Shown here: piece after piece, positions 11,251 to 23,691 of the stretch
Layout: each line of letters begins with the position of its first letter
Numbering within the stretch: the first letter of the stretch is position 1
NCBI GenBank assembly: GCA_020891255.1
Contig: BQFW01000008.1
Coordinates: forward strand, 2,914,001 to 2,978,000
DNA: 64,000 bases
Reading direction: 5' to 3'
From: Entomortierella parvispora E1425
Taxonomy: Eukaryota; Fungi; Mortierellomycota
The notes under the pieces: generated by a model
Database searches by the model: none
What the model was told of the DNA's origin: nothing
The model's input: only the letters and a program-made list of their open reading frames with translations
Position numbers and translations under genes: made by a program

Positions 11251-13158
11251 TTAAAGGGTCAATGCTGCATCTCGCAAAAGTCCGGCCGTAAAGTCCTTGG
11301 CATACTGGTCCTGATGTTGCTTGAGCGACTCGCCCTCCTCCAGCACTCCGCTTGGTGTGCTCGCTCCAGTGCCGGGCATGGGTCGAATCACATCAGCAAT
11401 GTCACTCAACAGTGCGGCCGTAATGGCGTTTGAGGGCAAGATCAGGTCAATCGCTGGGTCCAAATGACTCTGTCCTGTATACACCTTGAACTTGATGTTT
11501 GGGATCTCGGCCGAGCAGAGCAACTCGAACAAAGTCTGGGAAGAGTGTGCTGGAATCAATCGGTCCTGTTCACCATGAATAATCAAAATCGATTTGGGCA
11601 GCACCTGCTCCAGCAGTTCAGGTCGTCCCACAGTCGTCGTTGCAGAGCCAAGGATCCAAGACGGCGAGCAAGCCAGGTAGTTGTTGGCGGATTGATGCAT
11701 AACACGAGGCATTGCCGAAACCTCCTCAATACCACGCTTGTGGAGATAAGCGTAGTAGAATGTAATGTCAAACACTCCTGAAAACAAGATCAGCCCTCGC
11801 ACTCGCTCCTTGGTTTGCATGCCGGCCTTGATTCCATGTAACGTATCTGGCTGATCTGGCCATGAAGGAAGAGTCACAATAGGTGTGGAGTCACCCTCGA
11901 CAGCTGGGGCCGGAATTCCCCCGAGTTGCTCCACAGCGTCGTGCATGATAGTCAGTGACGCCACGTGTGCTCCAGATCCCGAGCCCATCAAGAAAATGTT
12001 GGAAGGATCGCCTCCATAGCGTGTCGCATTCTGAGAAGTCCAGATAATTGCATCCTGAACATCCCGGACCATGTCCTCGATCTTGGCTTGGGGGTAACGC
12101 TTATAGTCCGGCACAACTACAATGTATCCTTGGTTGGCCAAGTTCTGAGCCATGGGCATCATCATACTCTTGTGACCAGAATCCCACGCGCCACCATAAA
12201 CGTAGATGATCACTGGGCTTCCATTCGACTCGACTGTATGATCTGACTCTGCGTCGTCGTCGGTGTTGTTCTCAGATGAAGTTGTTGGGGTAGCTGGTGC
12301 ACTGCTGCCAATGTAAATATCCAATAGGTTGCCTCCTCGACCGTACGCGACATTTCTATTCCGAAAAATGTGATAAAATGTTAGCGTCCAGCTGACTTGT
12401 TCTACGTGGATGATAGTCACTTCCAGTTTTAGTTTCAAGGGGATGCAGGGTTCATCCACAGTAAACAATTACGGTAGCGACAACGGTAACGTGGGAAGGA
12501 AACATGTGGTCGATTCCATTGCGCGAAGGGACTCCCCCGAACATGGGCCGTTGGGGAAACGAAAAACAGTAAAAAAGAAAGACTGACTTACTTGATCATG
12601 TCGGTTTTTTTGCTGTTGGTGAGCTGGAAGCGAGCAAAGTGGCCAAAGAGAGGCACAAGACGCATGAGCTTGTTGAACTGTAACTCAGCATAGGTGCTAA
12701 CGACCTTGTAGACGCGGATGGGGTGGTAGGGCAGGAAAGGGTATGACTGGGGAGCATCTACTCACAAAGACGAAAGAGGAGTAAACAAAATGCATGAATG
12801 GGGTGGGTCAGTCGTCTGCCTGTCATTGTACGTCGTGCCTGTCGGGAAAGTGTCTGTCATTGGGGCGCACGCTCGCACAACAAACAGGGAGAGAGGAGGG
12901 TAAAAAAAGCATATGACAGCGAGGTGCAGTCGGGTCAGAATGCCTTGTAACCAATCCGAAGAAGGGACGCAAGACTGTCCCCACTTCAGCTGCTGGCGCG
13001 CACTGTCAGTCTTTTTTTCCCTGTCCTTGAGTCTCTTGTTGTATGCAAGAGTGTAGGCATTAGGTCGCGATGGCGTAGATGACAAGGGTGAGCAGCATAC
13101 CTGTTTGAGCTGTGATTGCAGTAGAGATGGGCAAGAGACGGATACAGCGGGTTAGCAT
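11251..13158 (-). CDS. Alpha/beta hydrolase, isoprenylcysteine methylesterase (ICME/PCME)-like; join(13158..13101, 12757..12592, 12355..11251), about 442 aa
   Basis: NVAYG...LLDIY, PVIIYVYGGAW.SGHK, VVVPDYKRYPQAKIEDMV, YGGDPSNIFLMGSGSGAH, IIHGEQD, YTGQSHLD follow the ICME/HSL-like pattern. The 5' exons are inferred from splice signals and frame and are less certain. Confidence 0.8.
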
Positions 13159-14072
13159 CAAGAAGGATCGACAATGAGACACGGCGGCTATTGTCCGAGA
13201 TAAGGAATTAACCCAGAACCAATAAACCAAAAAATGACTGCCTCCTGTTGTTCATCCGTTCGCTACTTGGACCGAGCGCAATCACTCCATCGCTCGGCGA
13301 TGGCGATTGGAATCAATCCGAACTTCTCTTTTCCCTGTCCTTATCTGCCAGCCACGCCCCCTTGCGTGAGTGCGCGCAACACCGGGAATGGGCAAGATGC
13401 CTTTATCACCATCGCCAGCGATTGCTTCAGTTTTCCTAGTCGTCACAATTGCTGGCTCTGCTGCCAAGAGTCGGCTCTCATTCTCACAACTCGCGATCAG
13501 CGCGTGCGTTCCAATGTCTTCCCCAAAGCGAACAAACAGAGACAAGCAGGCGGCCCACGATAAGCACGAGACACATGCCAGACGAAGAAACACACAGACC
13601 CCCCCTTTCTTTCTTTTGTTTCTGACGTCCAATAGCTTCCCTGACAAAAGATGCCACGTCCATCCGAACCAGCGAAGAAAAAATCCTTTCCAAATTAACA
13701 AAGAGGGAGAGAAGAGGGGCGGAGAGAGCTCTGTCGGACAATGGAGTGGAAGCCAACGGTGGAAGAAGCGAGAGTGGGGGATTCGGCCAAGGGCATATTG
13801 CTGAGCACGTTTGTTGGGCTTTGCCAATTTGGGAGTTACGTGAGAGCAGAGGAGGTCAAAGAGGGGGGGACGAGGACTGTGGATATGAACATGAACATGA
13901 ACCTTGTGCCCACTGTTGACTTTCTCTGACCGCAGGACCGGGCCAAGAAGCCGTCTCTCGAGAGAAAGAGGGCTTGTTGGCATGAAAGCTCTCTCTCTCA
14001 CATCGATTTTACGTTTGTCGGAGATGGCTTTGTCCACAGAGGATCGCGAATGGTGCAGACGCAGACCTCTTT

Positions 14073-14100
14073 CTCCCACACTCCCACACTCCCACACTCC
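14073..14100 (+). repeat. Short tandem repeat (CTCCCACA)x3.5
   Basis: Read directly from the sequence. Confidence 0.8.
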
Positions 14101-16562
14101 GAACAAAAAAGGGTCTGGTTCTGGGCAACTTGTGGAGGGGGAAGATTGTTGAATACTTGCCATAGCGGAGATAGATGAGCCATGCGACCACGTACACCAC
14201 GCCTGCAGAAAGAGAAGCGGCAAAACAAAGAGAAAGATCAGTTTTCCTGTCTGTTGTTCCCTGTTTGTGATCAAGTCTCTCGTCGGTTTGTGAAATTGCC
14301 CGTGGAAATAGTCCAGACATCAAGACATGGGCAGGAGTGAGGGATTGTGCAAATGAATGTACCGGTGAGTGCGATCCAAACGGGCAGGAAGAAGGACGCC
14401 AAGAAGGCGAGCCACATGCGCTGCCTGCGCGAGTATGTTGCCGGCATGCAGAATAAGAGAGTAGACTACGGAAGTGAAAAAGGCGTTGTTGAGATGGATC
14501 CAGAGGGGAAGGATGTAGAGATTCAAAGAAGCAGAGGTGCAAGATGCAAAAGGAAGGAAGAGAGGAGAGAAGGGTCGTGTGGGATGCTGAGGACAAGACG
14601 ACAAAGAAAAGAAAAGTGGCCCCAAAGAGAGCGAGAGAGAGCTCTCTCGCGAGGGGTGTGGGCTTTGTGACTTGCAAATCTTCCTGGTGAAACAGAATGC
14701 GCGCATTCTGCTGGACTGACCCACTGCAGCACGCAGGGGTCGGTGGTCGCCGTGACGAAAGCTGTTGGGATGCACCAGGATTTGACTTGCAGGATCCATG
14801 TCTACGCGATCTCAATAGTTATCCTACCTAATTTTTTTTCTGGGGCGGGGCCCGGGAGCTTGAAGTCATCAGATGCGCAAGCGCGACTGGGACTTTGACC
14901 TGTGCTTTCTTTCTTGGATTGCAGATCCTGCCCTGTTTCCCTAATGACACCTTTAGAGCAATTATTGTCCAACAAGTAAGATCAAGATTGCTGCCCCAGC
15001 TTCTCCTGAAAGTCCCATGCTTGAGTCTTGAAATCACTGCAGAAGAGGCGTATCCGGATGAACCTTGGTTCCAACTTATATCGTTAATTGAGGGGCATGG
15101 GGTAACTGGTGAGGTCTTCTTGCAGACGATAGATCACGACTTCCCTATGTTTATCAAAGGTAAGTAGAGTAAAGGGATGAACATGACTTCATTGTCTGAA
15201 CCTAAGTGGTTTATAATTTGTTGGCCACTTCTCTTTTGTTCTCACAGGCATGAAAGAAGACAGTAAACTCGACCATTTGGGCACCAAGTTTGCATTCACA
15301 CAGAACGGACGGATTGAGCGAATGTGCGGCACATGTCACTAATCAAACAAACGGAGGCACAATCGACTTTTTTTTTCTTTCTTGCTAACGCTGCCTTCAG
15401 TTTTTGAAAACAGGAACCCTTTACCTCTCTGTGATCCCGCCCCCACTCCTATCCCAGAAATACCCTTTCTTGACCGATGGATTGAGACATAACCAACAAG
15501 GGCGTACGAGATACATGCCACCCTCAAGATGTTGACCTTAGGAGAGATCTTTTCACCTTCGGAATCCAACGGAGAGAGCAGGCAATGAAGGGAAAAGAGG
15601 CAACGGATGGAAGGAACACTCTTTGGTGAAGATTTAAACAATTCCAGATGCTGTGAGCAAGCCAGGATCCCCAATGAGTATTTCATGTACCATACCTCTC
15701 AGTACGGTAACATCTCCTTTCTCCTTGGGAACTGCGGGACGAAGGAGCGAGAGCTTTGGGATGGCACCTTACATCGAGAGGGCATATGTTCCCTATCCCT
15801 CCCCTATCTCCTGCTTATTTAAGCCTTCCATGGTTCCCAGCCTGCGACAGGAGACAAACTATCGTCGACTTTGCTGGAAATGTAAGTAGTTCAAGAGAGA
15901 GCTCATATATTACGAGGTGTGCAACTTGACAGCAACAAAAAAAAAGTTCATGCATGCTCGAAACGTGGTCTGGACAATGGTTCATCAACATCAAAGAGAT
16001 AGATGATGAACCACACTTTTCATTCTTTTTTCTTCGGAGCACCTTCAAGGTGATTGGATCTTGCATGCACGGGCGAGGGAGCATGGATAGCAATTGGATA
16101 AAAATGACAGTGGGCATGGTTGGCAGTTGGGTGCAGGGGCAAGAGGAGCAGCGTGCAAGCGAACCGATGAATGAGAGCTCTTCGTTGTCCATGTTTGTTT
16201 TTTGAAAGTGCTTGTTCTTCGACGTTCTTTTTTTAACTATTTTTCCTGGTAATTGGGCTGACAATACACTGGATGCAACCAGGCAAAGCGAAGGCAAACT
16301 TCAAAACGCCCGGGCGAAGAATGCTGGAAAGGACCAAATTAATTTTGCAAATGCATGACAAAGACATGAGCCCTGCTGGAAGCATTTGCCCCCTTGGCAC
16401 AGCCGAGACAACGTGGCCTTGATAAAAAGCGTAGAGGACAGAAAGTTTTCTTGTCATTGCCTCTTTTCCCACCGTCCTCCATTGTCCGCCGTCCATTCTC
16501 ACGTTCTCTATACGCCTCAAGCTACTTCCTCCATCAATTGATATCCCTCCAACAACCAACCG

Positions 16563-17993
16563 ATGGGTCAACTTGCAGCACACTGTTTTGCTCAGGGGAG
16601 CGACAACTCGCTCTATGCCTTGGCATTTGGATTTGATCTTGCCGTCACCTCCAGCGACAATGGTCTGGTTATCTTGCTCAAGTCCAACACCTCTCCTTCC
16701 AACCCAAACACCTTGACCTGGAGTGTGATGAGCACAATTCGAAACACCGATCTTTTTTCGTTCGACACTGTTTATGCGACCAAGTGCATTGTCGATCCCA
16801 ATGGCGCCTTTATTGCCTGGAATCATAGCGCCTATCGAACTGGAGCAGGCGCATCTGCATCACCGCGTCCAGGAGGATTCCGTTATGACCCTTCTTTATC
16901 AACGGCATCGACCACGACAACAGGAAAGGGAGGCTGGGTCAATATCGATACCCCGCTTAGTTATCCTTGGACGTCCACTTCGGCTGCCAGTGGTCTGTTT
17001 TATCTAAAAGATAGCTCTGGAAAATACAACATCTACCATGCTTTCATCCCTGGATCCATTGGAGCTAGCTTCAAGTTTGGTGCTTTGAACACTGCCTCAA
17101 CACCCAACATGATGGAGAGCTCCGCCACCTCTTGGTCCGTGAGCGTAAGTGTTTCAGTGAACTTAGATCAAGGCTCAATGGGTTTCTTTCTAAACTTTTT
17201 CTTGGCTGTATGAAGGTGCTTTCCTCCTTGGACTCCAATTGATCACTCACCTCTTTTCCTCTGATTTTTTTTTTTTTTGTTTTATATGTATCTCCAGTCC
17301 ACCATAACAGGATACGTTGATGACATGCGGACAACATCGACAAAGATCTTTGTTTGGGGAGTCGCAGGTGGCTCAGGAAGTCAGTTTGGCACGGGAGACC
17401 TTCCTCAGACCGGTCCTTTAACGTCTTCGGCACCCCCATTACAACTTGGCAACTTTACCACTCCAAACAGTTGCTCCAACCCAGCAGTCTACGGAGACAA
17501 AGCCTACAAGTACTGCACAGTTCAACAGTTGCATGGGGTCGAGACCAAGCTCTTTAGCTGGGATGGTTCCAAGGCCTTGGCTCCTATCGGAATGCCCCAA
17601 CTCCCTATCAAAGATCTGTATACAGCTGCGACTTCTGGCGCCTTTGGAGACTCATCCGCGTCCTACTTGCTGGTTCAATCCGGTGCACTAGAAACCCAGA
17701 GAGGCGCAACTGGGTTTGGCAGCTACTCGCTCAAAGCCCTGGTGCTTACGGGTGGTTCTGCAGGATCGGTACTCGATGTGCCCAATAACATTACGGTGCA
17801 GGATAACATTGGGTTCTATTCCAACTCAAAAGATGCAGCCAGTAGTGCTGTGTCGGGAGGACTGAAGATCATCGGTACCATTGCTGGGTTGGTGTTCGTT
17901 TGTCTGGTGGTGATCGGCGTCCGCAGCAGGAGGACGGTAGTAGTCGAGAAGGCAAGAGAAAGGAGATTTGTTCTTGTTCCCGTTGAAGTATAA
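16563..17993 (+). CDS. Uncharacterised single-pass membrane protein; join(16563..17144, 17298..17993)
   Basis: Two ORFs joined by a GTAAGT...CTCCAG phase-0 intron. S/T/G-rich ectodomain (LLKSNTSPSNPNTLTWSV) and C-terminal TM helix IIGTIAGLVFVCLVVIGV followed by RSRR. No signal peptide is seen. Confidence 0.65.
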
Positions 17994-18578
17994 AGTGATC
18001 TTTTTTTCAATTTGATATGTCGTCAGGCGCCATGAGTGGCAGGCTGAGAATCTTTGGGCAACAGTTACACCCGGCAGCAACTTTGACCTTTTCTTACGTC
18101 GGTTGCCCTCACATGTGTGGTGGTCTGTTTTGATGTTGCACAAGCATCCACAGATATCATGTTCAGACCCCGCAGAAACTGGCCATGCAGATGCCGTGGG
18201 CTGAAAGGAGGAGAGGGATGAGTTTCTACATGGCTCTCAGTGCTCTCCATGGTTCCACCCGGATAGCCGGGTGGTTGGACACAAACACAAGCAATAATGA
18301 TCGGGAGCACAAAGGGCCGAGGTGCAGGGTTATTGCCTGGAAGGAGACAAGGGGACCGGAAATGAGGGTGCATGTTTATGTTTATGTCAACAACCGGAAA
18401 CGATGGAAGGGCATGGTCCATGGTCACAACCCTCCCTGTCGGCCAATCAGGAGCGATCTTACCGATCCAGGCACAAAGAGAAGCTCTTTTCCTTTTCTTT
18501 TTTCCCATCGCAACTTACATCGCTCATTCTTCATCACTCTTTTCATCTCATCCACATTCTCATCCTTGTTACTCTGTC

Positions 18579-20360
18579 ATGCCCATTGTTTCCACTCTTC
18601 TCAATGCCATTCCTCACACTGGCCCTTTGGCGACCATAGGCACCGTGGTGGCTCTTTTGAGCTCGTACATTTTCTACAACACTTACTTTTACCCAAGGTT
18701 CCTGTCACCTCTCCGCTTCATCCCCGGTCCTCCTAACGAGTCCAAACACAACAAGTATGGCCTTCCATTCCTAGGCAACTTTCTCGATGTCATCAAGGAG
18801 GATGCGGGAGCTGCCCATCTTCGCTGGATTGAACAATGTGGCGGCATCCTTCGGTACCACGGGCTTTTTGGTGCCCAGACTGTTCTCATCGCGGATCCCA
18901 AGGCCATCCAGCACGTCTTCAACACACATACCTACGAGTATTACCGACCAGGACGCGTTGTCCGATTGATGTCTGCTGTTATCGGATCACAGGGCGTCTT
19001 TTTGGCAGAGGGAGACGTGCACAAGCGACAACGCAAAATGCTGAGCCCAGCATTCAGTTACAAACACATCAAGGCTTTGGTGCCAATTATGGCTGGGCCA
19101 GCCAGGACACTAGCCCAGATCTGGAAAGGACGTGTGGAGGAGTCCGGGACAGGGGCTGCCGAGTTTGACATTGCGGTGGATATGAGCCATGCCGCATTGG
19201 ATATCATTGGCATTGCTGGTATGTGCTTTTTTGAGTGTAAGAAGTCACTTGCAATTCTGAAAGGAGCTTCATCTAACCATCAAGATTTAAATGGACGGTC
19301 AATAGGATTTGGATTTCACTTCCATTCACTGACAGACCCGACAAACGAGTTGGGAATGGCTTACCAGGAACTCTTTGACACAACATCGACTGCTATCCAG
19401 CTTCTTCGTGGAATGATCCCCTTCTACGCAAGGATCCCTTTCAAACACAACCTTCATCGTCAACACGCCGTTGACGCCATGGACCGAGCCACCACCAGGA
19501 TGATTACAGAAAAGATGAAGAGAGCACACGCCAACGCTGAGCTGGACTCCAAGGATAGCGTCGCATCGGACGACATCGGTAAGGATATTATGAGTGTGTT
19601 GATCCAAGGCAATGAAGACTCGGGAGAGGAAGGCAAATTATCCATGCAGGAGCTCAAGGATCAAATCTTGACATTCTTGGCTGCCGGACACGAAACAACT
19701 TCAACTACAATCACCTGGCTGCTACATGTCCTTTCCAACCACCAGGAGCATCAGACGAAGCTCCGCAACGAACTCCTGAGCGCCTTTGGCCCTCCAAGCG
19801 GGGATTCAATCCCATTTTCGTACGACACTCTCAACAGTCTGCCATATCTCAATGCTTGCGTCAAAGAGATCATGAGGCGGTACCCCGTCGTCCCAACAAC
19901 TTCTCGCGTCGCCAGCCGAGATGATGAGATCATGGGCTATACTATTCCTAAGGGCACTCAGGTTTATTTGTCGCCAGTGGCGATGCATCAGCTCAAGAGT
20001 GTCTATGGCGAGGATGCAGAGGAGTTCAAGCCTGAGAGGTGGATGGACCCAGAGGAAGTTGCACGCGAGAATCCTGAACTGGCAGCCAAGACAAAGTTCG
20101 TGACGGCGGACATGGGATGGGCGTACCAACCCTTCTTGACAGGACCTCGTAACTGTGTAGGATCTCGGTTTGCGTTGATCGAGGTCAAGATCCTGGTATA
20201 CTACCTGTTGACCAATCTGGAATACCACCCCGTGCCTGGGTTCACGTTTGCAAAGTCGGCTTTCATCACATACCGCCCAACTCCGGGTATGAGACTGATC
20301 GTGAAGAGATATAACCATGGAGACGAATGTGGCTCTACGGCAGGGGCCTGCGCGTTGTAG
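18579..20360 (+). CDS. Cytochrome P450; join(18579..19218, 19306..20360), 564 aa
   Basis: N-terminal anchor and PGPP hinge, I-helix AGHETT, ExxR (EIMR), FKPERW, heme motif FLTGPRNCVG. 87-nt GT-AG intron. Confidence 0.95.
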   Translation: MPIVSTLLNAIPHTGPLATIGTVVALLSSYIFYNTYFYPRFLSPLRFIPGPPNESKHNKYGLPFLGNFLDVIKEDAGAAHLRWIEQCGGILRYHGLFGAQTVLIADPKAIQHVFNTHTYEYYRPGRVVRLMSAVIGSQGVFLAEGDVHKRQRKMLSPAFSYKHIKALVPIMAGPARTLAQIWKGRVEESGTGAAEFDIAVDMSHAALDIIGIAGMCFFECKKSLAILKGASSNHQDLNGRSIGFGFHFHSLTDPTNELGMAYQELFDTTSTAIQLLRGMIPFYARIPFKHNLHRQHAVDAMDRATTRMITEKMKRAHANAELDSKDSVASDDIGKDIMSVLIQGNEDSGEEGKLSMQELKDQILTFLAAGHETTSTTITWLLHVLSNHQEHQTKLRNELLSAFGPPSGDSIPFSYDTLNSLPYLNACVKEIMRRYPVVPTTSRVASRDDEIMGYTIPKGTQVYLSPVAMHQLKSVYGEDAEEFKPERWMDPEEVARENPELAAKTKFVTADMGWAYQPFLTGPRNCVGSRFALIEVKILVYYLLTNLEYHPVPGFTFAKSAFITYRPTPGMRLIVKRYNHGDECGSTAGACAL

Positions 20361-20949
20361 CAGATTTTTTTTTATCTTTTGTCTTTTTGAAAATAAAAAC
20401 ATTGAAAAGAAACATATGATGGTGTTTACGTCAAGAGACGGATCTCAGCTTTAACAAGTGAATCCCTGCTCTCATTTACTGTAACTGTTATCTGATCAGC
20501 AGTGGCGTTCAAAGAGATCCACTCTTGCAGGCGTGTTCTCCATGAATGCACATCGAGCATATCAAGTTTGGTAAACTCTCTGAGCGGCTTCCTATGCAAT
20601 GGTGATGCGAGATTCTGGGTGCGGCAACTATTAATTTCAGCATTGACCTCTTGTCCTTGGTTGTTTTAAAGGTGTGGCCACTCTCTCAAGAGTCCCTTTT
20701 GCATTGCTGAAAAGCGTCATGGCTGGTTGTCGGTCCTTTGTACTGCGTGCTTCTCAAAATATATATCTGAAACCAATGGCTTTTTCCGTAGACAGGACTC
20801 GTTTGTGCCAGGGTGCCATCGTGCTATTCAATAGTCGAGTTGTGTGAGGTAAAGAGATTAGCGTACAGGACAGCGGAAAAGGTAGAGTCTTTCTGTTGGA
20901 TCCAATCTGGCGGGTATATGGGTATACGCAATCGGCTCGGGTCATGCTG

Positions 20950-21530
20950 GTGTGCGCGAATATGCAATGGCTCGTTGAGCCAAGGCATCTTGCCAATCCT
21001 CCTACTCTTCACTAGCGATCCGCTGGCCAAGGAGATTCTTCAGACCCCGGGAAGTCTGGATAAGCCACTCCCAGTCACCACGACCTACCTCCTACGGGGG
21101 GTGCCTCACATTAAGGTCTTTTATCTCTAGGAGTGAGCCGAGCAAGTGGACACCTTGATCTTTGCGAAATGTGAGGAAGCAGACGTCCCCTTACAGGTGG
21201 GCATAGGTGGAGCTCACATTGAGCACCCGCAGCTGCGCCTGTTTAGAAAGTCGCTCAAAAATGAGGCGCGCACCTGCCCCCTCCTCCTCGTCCTCCCTAC
21301 CTTCATCTATCTCAATCGAGATCTTCCACTCCTCCAGATTGGTGCAGACCCATGATGCAGAGGACTACAACATACTCGATGCAAGCAATGGGGTATCGGT
21401 GGACACCGACAACAGGTTGTTGTATGAGCAGAGCGGGTCGTGCACCGTGGAACTCTCAAGTCCCTCGCAAAACTCGAGCTGGACCATCGTCAGGTTGCAC
21501 TCGAAGCTTTCCAACAATGCTTTCGAGGCC
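20950..21530 (-). pseudogene. 5'-truncated inverted copy of the C-terminal part of the F-box/LRR-like gene at 48839-50386
   Basis: Minus-strand translation KALLESFECNLTMVQLEFCEGLESSTVHD...SM L*...ISIEIDEGREDEEEGAGARLIFERLS...HL* closely matches 49800-50386 but has in-frame stops. 3'-flank homology extends to about 20770. Confidence 0.9.
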
Positions 21531-21630
21531 GAGTGCCTGACAGCTATTTCTTCTTCTCTGAACAGAGTTCATGTCGTGTCTTGACAAGGCTTAGTTTACT
21601 TTGATGTAAATTACTGTGGATGTAAATCCT

Positions 21631-21770
21631 GGTGTTTATGGGCCGCCATCCCGAGACGCGATTCGGATCAGTTGTAGTCAATGAGGAAGAGAACAAATGT
21701 GTTCCGAGCGTGAGAGAAAAACCCAAAAAATGTCACGTGGAGCCGACGCGCAGGCCCTGGGCATTGTTCA
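21631..21770 (+). repeat. Dispersed non-coding module X, copy A
   Basis: GGTGTTTATGGGCCGCCATCCCGAGACGCGATTCG...GAGGAAGAGAA...ATGTGTTC...AAAAAATGTCACGTGG...GACGCG aligns by eye with 44836-45010. Confidence 0.75.
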
Positions 21771-21779
21771 ATCCAAAAC

Positions 21780-21918
21780 GAGCGTGCCAGAGCCATGTAA
21801 ATCAAGAACAAAGAACCTTCAGACGCGTCGCGAAATTGGACAGTGCGCTTTTGACTTGACCTTGACCTCGTAATGTCAATGACGACCAAACAGGTCAAGA
21901 CGTCAATTGACGTCGATA
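21780..21918 (+). promoter_or_regulatory. Module Y, copy A: GACGCGTCGCGAAA plus TTGAC/GTCAA cluster; no gene follows this copy
   Basis: Motif at 21822-21835, then TTGACTTGACCTTGACC...TGTCAA...GGTCAAGACGTCAATTGAC. Homologous to 48318-48450 and 63680-63792. Confidence 0.6.
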
Positions 21919-23586
21919 CTTCAGGGAATTCAGTGCTGATAGTTGAAGCCCCTCCCCTGATATTCATGACTTGTTACATTACTCCCACCGAGAAATATGG
22001 ATTGGACTTCATGATTTTTATTTCCAAAAAAAAAACCCCCCTGTAGCGTGCTGGCGCCCTGAGAACTATAGATGTCCAAATGGCTGTAATTCTTCATAGC
22101 CAGTCGCATGCCCAGCGTCAGGAGGCGCGTGAGGAAGACTAACCCTAGCATAGCGTGATCTTGTCTTCGATCAACACAATCCTGGATCTCACACGGCTGG
22201 GAGGGGTTGAAGTCTAGTTAAGAAAGTGCCACGCCGCTACCACGCCCACTTTAACACATTTTGTCTTGTCCACTTACTGAGCGTGCTTGGTGCATCCTCC
22301 CATTCATCATTCAGGACTTACACCCCTCATCCTCGCCATAGACGCTCTGGAGAGGGTGAATCACTACCAGTGACAAGCACACCCAAGTGCGCTTGAGAAT
22401 GGCATAGCCCAAGACCCCATCATCCCGTTAGCGGCTCCGGAGGTTTTTGGGACGACGGGGTGCTGCCCCATAATCTCATAGTCTCCTTGATACGAACACT
22501 GATCTGGTAAACTGTGGAGGCTGTCGCACTCGAAGGGAGAGCATCCATCCCTGAACAACTGGGAGCTTTCAGGGCTCTTTGTGGGGCCTTGTTTGATACT
22601 CCTGGATAATCGACAGAACTTCCTAAGGGTAGCCTGGCGACCGTTCTCGAAAATATATCATAACTGGTCGCCAAGAATCCTATGAGCTGATCCTTGAGTC
22701 CTTGCATGACAAACTTTCCTGTCTCTCGTGCTCTTCTTTACCTTGGCTTTACCTTCGATTAAGACACCAATGATAAATTGTCGAAACTTTGCTGTGATTA
22801 AAGTCCAGTATGCTGCTGGTTGCGTCCTTTGTATGTTCCTATTATTGACCATGGTGGTAAAAGAGTCAGATTAACTTGTTGCTCGTGATATGTTTGAACA
22901 GGAGACAGATGGGATTTGAAAGAACATACTTGGTAATCCATCCTCAAGATACTGGATGAGCAACAGTTCTTTATACTTGAATCGTTCCGTAATGAAGTTT
23001 CAAAAAAACGGGCAAACGAAGAGACTATGGCCATCAAAGGTATGGCACATCGCGACGGCGCCTTCCTCAGGCATCTTTCCTCGCCCGTGCTCTCTATCGA
23101 TGTAGCCAGGGCTAACCTGATAAATATGATGCCCTGAATCTAAACGCCTTTCTTGATCAATACCTGCCCAGACAAGAGTGTTGTCCTATTGCAGCTCAAG
23201 TGCTGATGTTGATGCCTTCGATGATGCTCACTGCTTCGCCCAGGGCCGACACAAGATTCATGGCCTGTCATCTGTCATTCAAATCCATATGGCGGTTGCA
23301 TTGCTCACAAAGGCCAGAGCGATCCTTATCCTGCATCCGCTGTAGTTCATGTTGTGCCCGTTGACATTGAAGCATCCTTGTCGTTGGTCCTTGGGACGAA
23401 GGATCAGATTACTCCTCCAAAAACATGCAGTGGAGCCAAGGCTGTACGCGTGTAAAACAGTCACAAATGCTGTCACGTTATGGGCTGAAAGCTATAAAAG
23501 CAACGCCCGCCGCAGTTTTTTTTCCCTCACCTCTTGACTCTCTCGCAATGTGTTATAAACCTCGGCTGGTCACCACGCCTGTCCTC

Positions 23587-23691
23587 GACTTTCCGCAGCG
23601 TATATCCTCATTGGTAGAGGTGATTCTGTGGAGAGTTCCGAAGCTATGCGATTTCGCTGTATTTCGGATAAATGCACACTGCAAAAGGGTC
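23587..23691 (+). ncRNA. Candidate Pol III structured small RNA, copy 1 (105 nt)
   Basis: TATAAA at 23554. Body GACTTTCCGCAG...CTGCAAAAGGGTC closes a terminal helix. Internal hairpins CCTC-ATTGGTA-GAGG, ATTCT-GTGG-AGAGT and TCCGAAG...TTTCGGA. T8 tract at 23694-23701. Confidence 0.6.

Noticed and set aside
13282-14815. Minus-strand ORFs of 330 and 268 aa
   Set aside because: Low-complexity, CT/GA-rich promoter-like DNA; the translations lack domain-like composition.
22360-23400. Protein-like fragments on the minus strand
   Set aside because: Several stops and no family recognisable by eye; needs BLASTX.
23565-23691. Calling the repeat a tRNA-His, Y RNA, vault RNA, 5S rRNA, SRP RNA or Sm snRNA
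   Set aside because: The D-loop-like and YTGTGGA motifs lack a proper anticodon stem, T-arm or B-box. GGCTGGTC has no complementary 3' end as in Y RNA. The 5S, SRP and U-snRNA hallmark motifs are absent. The ATTYTG Sm-like site can be sequestered in a hairpin.
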